A stretch of DNA of 64,000 nt from the NCBI GenBank assembly GCA_950097015.1, contig CATNEN010000038.1:32736001-32800000 (forward strand). Direction: 5' to 3'. Of this stretch, positions 60,501 to 64,000 are shown in pieces; the stretch's first letter is position 1, and each line of letters begins with the position of its first letter. The stretch is from Macrostomum hystrix. Lineage: Eukaryota; Animalia; Platyhelminthes. The notes beneath the pieces were generated by a model, which was not told the origin of the DNA, did no database searches, and was given only the letters and a program-made list of their open reading frames with translations. A program made the translations under genes and the position numbers.

Positions 60501-62899
60501 GCAGGAAACCATTTAGGACGAGTAAAGAACTATACTTTCTAAAAAAATTCACGCGTTCTTCCATTTATTTTAGAAGCGCTTAAGAATATGGTTAACATCT
60601 ACCAGACTGACGTCACTGAACAGTTAGTTGAGCTGCTCAGCAGTCGACACCAAGCATTCCATAGCACCACTGCGCACAGTAAGATTTTTGCATATAGCGA
60701 TGCCAATGCCTATTAAAGCCTTATTCTTGGGCAAACCTGACTACTCAGAATTTTCTTCTACTACTTTAATATACTGTCCTAATGTATTTTCACTTCACAT
60801 TTAAACCTCTGGCCTGCACCCACCTCACTCCGCTTTCTAGCCCTCTGGCCTGCACCCACCTCACTCCGCTTTCTAACCTCATGGCCTACACCCACCTCAC
60901 TCCACTTTCTAGCTCTCTGGCTCACATTAAGAATCGCTAAGAATAGATTAAAAAATAACTTTACTTTTTATAATGATTATGTCCACCCACCTCCCTCCAG
61001 TCACGCACGGCCTATTCTTTCCGCGTCTGCAGTCGCCGCCGGCATTCCAGTTGAGTCATCAGCGCCAGGTGAAGCTACCAAAGCCGCACTTAAATATGCT
61101 TCTCAATCCCAGCATGCTGGAGGCTCAGCGAGGCACGAACCCCACATATGACCGCAAATTGGACGAATTCTTCTTGCCATACTATCAGCTAGTGGACCGC
61201 TTAGCTAGGGTCAGCATCAATGCTTTACAGTTCACGGCTGAGACTGCTCACTTGTGCGCCATGGTTGCCTTCGAGGGCGCCAGCCTGCACTGCAACCTGT
61301 TTGCCAAGCTCTGGAACGAGGTTGTTACGCTTCAGGATCGCACTATTCTAAATCAAGTGCGGCTTTACAGCATTTTTCATTATATTATTCCACCAATTTA
61401 AGTAACTCATCGGAACTACAGTCATCTAATATAGTCAACTCTCCATATGTCTTGGCCTTACAACCACCTTACTCCAAATATATTGCCCCGACAGCCAACT
61501 CACTCCACATTCCTCCCCTTGACAGCCACCTCACTCCACATCTTTTCCCTTGACAGCCACCTCACTCCAAATCTTTTCCCTTGACAGCCACCTCACTCCA
61601 CATCTTTTCCCTTGACAGCCACCTCACTTCACATCTTTTCCCTTGACAGCCACCTCACTCCACATCCCTTCCCTTGATTGCCACCTCACCTGACCACACA
61701 TCTCTTCCCTCTACGGCCACCTACCTTACTTCACATCTTCCTCCGTCTGAATTCAGTTTTCGTATGTTGAAAATAGCTACTCAAAACACTGCTGCAGGGC
61801 GACTCAAAGACGCTAGCGTCACCCACCGGTGCCTCATCGGCCCCCACTGCTGCCATCGCAGCAGCCTCCGATGCCGCCAACTGCTCCGCTAGCAGTGGAG
61901 GAGCTTCGCGTCAGTCACCGTTGGACACGCTGATGGAGGACAGCTACTTTGCCGAGTACCTAGTAGCTGTGCTGTCTCAAGAACGTCGCTCTCTGGTCGA
62001 CCGGCACATCTACGCGTTTTTGACGCACTGCTTTCCCAAGGTCATTAATCGCTCTTTCGCACTTTATACGAGCCGTAATATTGTTTTTATTTATTGTGTT
62101 ACAATGGAAAATAGCAACAACCTCACTCCGCATCTTTATCCCCCCCCAAAACTAGCACCCACCTCACTCCGCCTCTCTCTCCCTGAAACTGGCACCCACC
62201 TCACTCCGTCTCTCTCTCCCTGAAACTGGCACCCACCCCACCCCGGCTCTCTATCCCTAAAACTGGCACCCACCTCACTCCGTCTCTCTCTCCCTGAAGC
62301 TGGCACCCACCTCACTCCGCCTCTCTCTCCCTGAAACTGGCACCCACCCCACCCCGGCTCTCTATCCCAAAAGAGAGCATCACTGCTAATTATAAACCGC
62401 ATCTGTCACACAGGCCTACCAGTGCCTCGCGGACATGCTGGACATTCGCGCCTCGCTGACTGACAGCCTTACTCAGTCCGCTGAGTTCCTGAGTATCATT
62501 GTTACCATCGCGGCTACTCCAGCTGCATCTATCGAGCCACACGAGAAGACTGTTCAACTTCTAGCTCAAATTGAAGGCGATATAAAAGCATGTCTGCTTC
62601 TCCTAGCTGTGAGCAAAGAGCAAGTTCAGCAGCAGCAGCCGCCGCCACCCCAGCAAAGCAGCAATAATGCAACGATAACTGCAGCTTCGGAGAAAATCTG
62701 CGCCTGTTTGCGTAAGTCGGCCGATCTGCCACCAACGGCATTAGGAGCGGCTGATGGCAGCGATTCTCAGCAGCAGCAGCAGCAGCAGCAGCAATCTACT
62801 TTGTCACTGCTCAGACTGGCTGAGCGCCTTATTGAGCAGCTAAAAACATCTGAGCTGCCCACCGTTGTCGCATTGGGCCCCGATGTTGAGCGAAACTGA
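34283..62899 (+). CDS. USP34: Ubiquitin carboxyl-terminal hydrolase 34-like (USP family deubiquitinase), 31 coding exons, about 3962 aa
   Basis: [26 protein letters not shown] (Cys box, Cys codon 50064-50066), [34 protein letters not shown] (His codon 53612-53614), [22 protein letters not shown]; N-terminal CxxC/CLC, KNMADF and C-terminal [14 protein letters not shown] segments match my recollection of USP34; all 31 exons join in phase via GT-AG introns (sum 11889 nt). Confidence 0.92.
35209..35296 (+). CDS. USP34: USP34 exon 2
   Basis: ttctAG acceptor, GTAAG donor, phase 1/2. Confidence 0.75.
35447..36083 (+). CDS. USP34: USP34 exon 3
   Basis: NSCLCIYQK...LLQNVCFFC...; catAG / GTGAGT, phase 2/0. 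Confidence 0.88.
36296..36682 (+). CDS. USP34: USP34 exon 4
   Basis: LFDWL...[13 protein letters not shown]; gcAG / GTTAG. Confidence 0.9.
36807..37529 (+). CDS. USP34: USP34 exon 5 (contains long polyalanine)
   Basis: IDSIWTAAQ motif; cgtAG / GTGAG. Confidence 0.85.
37647..37860 (-). mobile_element. tRNA-derived SINE, copy 1 (USP34 intron 5, antisense)
   Basis: Minus strand begins GCCGAGGCTGAGTGGCAGAGCGGTCTAACGCG (A-box-like) with a degenerate B-box; body GTGCCTTGGAGGTTGGCCCTCAAGG...TTCTCTCCGCGGCTGCGCCC shared with copies at 38968 and 57469. Confidence 0.75.
37996..38194 (+). CDS. USP34: USP34 exon 6 (low complexity)
   Basis: GC-rich open frame, atcAG / GTGAGT, phase 0/1. Confidence 0.65.
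38672..38914 (+). CDS. USP34: USP34 exon 7 (low complexity)
   Basis: GC-rich open frame, tgtAG / GTGTG, phase 1/1. Confidence 0.65.
38968..39079 (-). mobile_element. tRNA-derived SINE, copy 2 (lacks the tRNA head)
   Basis: Near-identical to 57483-57594. Confidence 0.75.
39106..39497 (+). CDS. USP34: USP34 exon 8 (acidic, ends SDKNMADFE)
   Basis: caAG / GTTTG, phase 1/0; KNMADF motif. Confidence 0.8.
39505..39868. repeat. about 33-bp minisatellite (GGGATCAGTATTAGGGGATTATTGTGGTCAGTT)
   Basis: tandem units in USP34 intron 8. Confidence 0.9.
39903..40508 (+). CDS. USP34: USP34 exon 9
   Basis: acidic, His- and Gln-rich tracts then PGHCLLWDL; ttgcAG / GTGAA. Confidence 0.87.
40545..40884. repeat. 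about 16-bp repeat (CTGACACCCTCTCCC)
   Basis: tandem units in intron 9. Confidence 0.9.
40925..41262 (+). CDS. USP34: USP34 exon 10
   Basis: [10 protein letters not shown]...LKWL; taAG / GTGAGT, phase 0/2. Confidence 0.85.
41280..41586. repeat. degenerate TGTGCTCAT repeat
   Basis: imperfect tandem units in intron 10. Confidence 0.75.
41765..42668 (+). CDS. USP34: USP34 exon 11
   Basis: [25 protein letters not shown]; ttcAG / GTGAGT. Confidence 0.88.
42685..43145. repeat. 40-bp minisatellite (GGGATCTAGGCCAGCTGAACCCTGTCGTGTACTTTACTGA)
   Basis: tandem units filling intron 11. Confidence 0.95.
43166..43285 (+). CDS. USP34: USP34 exon 12
   Basis: [17 protein letters not shown]; tacAG / GTGAC. 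Confidence 0.82.
43370..43998. repeat. 20-bp minisatellite (TCAGCTGTCAAATCCATATC / TCAAATGTCAAATCCCCATC)
   Basis: tandem units in intron 12. Confidence 0.93.
44091..44456 (+). CDS. USP34: USP34 exon 13
   Basis: [15 protein letters not shown]...LLYGLQ; ttAG / GTGCG. Confidence 0.88.
44485..47320. repeat. Compound G-rich array: 35-bp units followed by 24/25-bp units (GGCGAGAGATGGTAGGTTGAGGTA)
   Basis: fills almost all of the roughly 3-kb intron 13. Confidence 0.95.
47415..47636 (+). CDS. USP34: USP34 exon 14
   Basis: [14 protein letters not shown]; gcAG / GTGAGT. Confidence 0.87.
47707..47849 (+). CDS. USP34: USP34 exon 15
   Basis: ccgcAG / GTAAG, phase 0/2. Confidence 0.8.
47912..48210. 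repeat. 30-bp minisatellite (TTAGAAACGGTTGGGATTTCACTGATGGGA)
   Basis: tandem units in intron 15. Confidence 0.92.
48277..48964 (+). CDS. USP34: USP34 exon 16
   Basis: taAG / GTGCG, phase 2/0; VRREVSH, polyglycine. Confidence 0.85.
48975..49228. repeat. 22/23-bp minisatellite (TCAGGTAGCTGTCTCAGTGTCCT)
   Basis: tandem units in intron 16. Confidence 0.92.
49323..50345 (+). CDS. USP34: USP34 exon 17 (start of USP catalytic domain, Cys box)
   Basis: [30 protein letters not shown]; ttcAG / GTTGG. Confidence 0.95.
50667..52008. repeat. about 21-bp minisatellite (GATAATCCCTATTTTCCCATA) with higher-order structure
   Basis: tandem units in intron 17. Confidence 0.95.
52054..52422 (+). CDS. USP34: USP34 exon 18 (USP fingers region)
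   Basis: [37 protein letters not shown]; tacAG / GTGAGT. Confidence 0.95.
52463..53075. repeat. 26-bp minisatellite (CAGGTAGATTACAGTTTCAGAATCTT)
   Basis: tandem units in intron 18. Confidence 0.95.
53131..53308 (+). CDS. USP34: USP34 exon 19
   Basis: ends [10 protein letters not shown]; gtcAG / GTATG, phase 0/1. Confidence 0.9.
53332..53560. repeat. 19-bp minisatellite (GTAGCCACTAGATCCATCA)
   Basis: tandem units in intron 19. Confidence 0.93.
53595..53764 (+). CDS. USP34: USP34 exon 20 (His box)
   Basis: [14 protein letters not shown]...WLWFNDSEV; cctAG / GTGTG. Confidence 0.95.
53818..54315. repeat. 23-bp minisatellite (GTAGATTTGAGCAGTATCTACAG)
   Basis: tandem units in intron 20. Confidence 0.93.
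54404..54709 (+). CDS. USP34: USP34 exon 21
   Basis: [13 protein letters not shown], polyQ, VWQDN; tgcAG / GTGGG. Confidence 0.92.
54745..55885. repeat. 22-bp minisatellite (TCAGTGTCTGTGTTATCCTGTC)
   Basis: tandem units filling intron 21. Confidence 0.95.
55911..56556 (+). CDS. USP34: USP34 exon 22
   Basis: [25 protein letters not shown]; ccAG / GTGAGT. Confidence 0.9.
56658..57181 (+). CDS. USP34: USP34 exon 23
   Basis: [13 protein letters not shown]; cccAG / GTGGG. Confidence 0.87.
57469..57676 (-). mobile_element. tRNA-derived SINE, copy 3 (USP34 intron 23, antisense)
   Basis: Minus strand GGGTCGGTGGCAGAGCGATTAACGCG...GAGCTCGATTTCG (A-box and B-box-like) followed by the shared body. 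Confidence 0.78.
57915..58352 (+). CDS. USP34: USP34 exon 24
   Basis: [28 protein letters not shown]; cgcAG / GTGCC. Confidence 0.87.
58400..58857. repeat. C-rich roughly 30-bp repeat (CCTTCCCTACTCCCCTTTCCCATCTTCCCA)
   Basis: tandem units in intron 24. Confidence 0.9.
58908..59098 (+). CDS. USP34: USP34 exon 25
   Basis: [17 protein letters not shown]; tctAG / GTGAGT. Confidence 0.87.
59308..59718 (+). CDS. USP34: USP34 exon 26
   Basis: [16 protein letters not shown]; ttcAG / GTGGG. Confidence 0.9.
59795..60065. repeat. 34-bp minisatellite with CACCCACCTCACTCCG core
   Basis: tandem units in intron 26. Confidence 0.9.
60154..60488 (+). CDS. USP34: USP34 exon 27
   Basis: FFTLHTMF; ttcAG / GTGAG. 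Confidence 0.87.
60574..60678 (+). CDS. USP34: USP34 exon 28
   Basis: tttAG / GTAAG, phase 1/1, open frame. Confidence 0.8.
60808..60920. repeat. short array with CACCCACCTCACTCCG core
   Basis: three units in intron 28. Confidence 0.8.
61001..61356 (+). CDS. USP34: USP34 exon 29
   Basis: [24 protein letters not shown]; tccAG / GTGCG. Confidence 0.88.
61490..61740. repeat. 31-bp minisatellite with CCACCTCACTCC core
   Basis: tandem units in intron 29. Confidence 0.85.
61798..62040 (+). CDS. USP34: USP34 exon 30
   Basis: YFAEYL...FLTHCFPK; tgcAG / GTCAT. Confidence 0.82.
62120..62368. repeat. array with GGCACCCACCTCACTCCG core
   Basis: tandem units in intron 30. Confidence 0.85.
62414..62899 (+). 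CDS. USP34: USP34 exon 31 (terminal)
   Basis: cacAG acceptor, open frame to TGA at 62897-62899. Confidence 0.8.
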   Translation, partial: AYQCLADMLDIRASLTDSLTQSAEFLSIIVTIAATPAASIEPHEKTVQLLAQIEGDIKACLLLLAVSKEQVQQQQPPPPQQSSNNATITAASEKICACLRKSADLPPTALGAADGSDSQQQQQQQQQSTLSLLRLAERLIEQLKTSELPTVVALGPDVERN

Positions 62900-62914
62900 G
62901 GATGCGAAAATCGA

Positions 62915-63305
62915 CGATTTGGGGATCGAGTTCTCCCATCGATGGGGATTTGGGGATCGAGTTCCCATTGTTTGGGATTTGGAAATCGAGTTCTCCCATT
63001 GTTTGGGATTTGGGAATCAAGTTCTCCCGTTGTTGGGGATTTGGGGATCGAGTTCTCCCATTGCTAGGGATTTGGGAATCGAGTTCTCCCATTGTTTGGG
63101 ATTTGGGAATCGAGTTCTCACATCGATGGGGATTTGGGGATCGAGTTCTCTATTTGTTCGGGATTTGGGAATCGAGTTTTCCCATTGTTGGGGATTTGGG
63201 GATCGAGTTCTCCCAATTATGATGATTTGGGAATCGATTTCTCCCATTTATGATGATTTGGTAATCGATTCCTCCCATTGATTGGGATTTAGGGAATGAG
63301 TTCTC
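62915..63305. repeat. about 31-bp minisatellite (TTGGGATTTGGGAATCGAGTTCTCCCATTGT) right after the USP34 stop codon
   Basis: tandem units with internal TGGGA/TCCCA complementarity. Confidence 0.9.
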
Positions 63306-64000
63306 TTTGTGGCAAACATTTAGGAATGAAGTTTTCCCAGTTTCCGATCCTCAATTGAAGGTTAGCAAGTTGATATAATCTATTCAGTCATTCTCTGTCT
63401 GTAAAACCTCATCAAGAAGTTTGTTTGCCTGCTTCATTTCTCCGATTTTGCACACTTTCACAAAAAGCATTACGATAGCTTTCAGTCTGTTTGTCCGTTT
63501 GCTTTCTCGGCTTTTAATTTTGCCTTCTTATTTTAGTGTTATAAAAACTGTTCTCTAAATTTCCTGCAAGTCAGTTTAATTGCCTCTGCCCGTTGTTCAG
63601 TTATACATATTTGTCTATCTGGTTCCTGGCTTGTTTTATCTCGTTTTAATTGTCCTTCCTCTGTCAATAAATGCCGCAAAGTAAATTAATTTATTGCACT
63701 CTTATCATTACTGATAACTAGTTAAATTATAGACATTAATAATGGGGTTTTTTGTATTTTACCGCTAGCCAATAAGCGTATATCATGGCTTTTGTGTACT
63801 ATTTAGTGTCATCCAATGAGCTTTAAGCATGGGGTTGTGCGTTCTTCGGTGCCAACCAATCAGCGTTAAGCATGGTTTTATTTTTCTTTTGCATAAACTA
63901 AGCTCTATATTAGAAGGGCTTAAATTTCGGTGAAGAATATAGTGTACTCGTATGTTGTGTGCGTGTTGTAGGCATAATATTATAAGTGAAAATTAGTCAG

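Noticed and set aside
35468-62741. Antisense and alternative-frame ORFs overlapping USP34 exons
   Set aside because: Shadow ORFs of GC-rich coding sequence.

Overview
Eukaryotic (metazoan) genomic DNA with GT-AG introns and very dense intronic minisatellites; the style (polyQ/polyA-rich GC-rich exons, minisatellite-filled introns) resembles a free-living flatworm such as Macrostomum, which is an inference and not an identification. Three protein-coding genes can be reconstructed by hand: (1) the 5' part of an SLC5 sodium:solute symporter (SLC5A5/6/8/12-like) on the minus strand, running off the left edge; (2) an unannotated-looking, mostly disordered protein on the plus strand (about 15.1-30.1 kb) whose shared exon encodes a textbook BH3 motif (VAMGLRRIGDAI) preceded by an Akt/14-3-3 site (RFRSRSVP), with two phase-compatible alternative first exons (one carrying a DSGYQT degron-like motif) and a candidate short terminal exon, i.e. 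a candidate BAD/BIM-like BH3-only apoptosis regulator and the main finding; (3) a complete 31-exon USP34-like deubiquitinase (34283-62899, about 3962 aa as reconstructed). Also present: about 30 tandem-repeat arrays, a 237-bp MITE with an 8-bp TSD, three copies of a tRNA-derived SINE, and a possible Helitron-like fragment. Most long ORFs in the six-frame track are translations of repeats. Exon coordinates were derived by eye and checked for phase; repeat boundaries are approximate.
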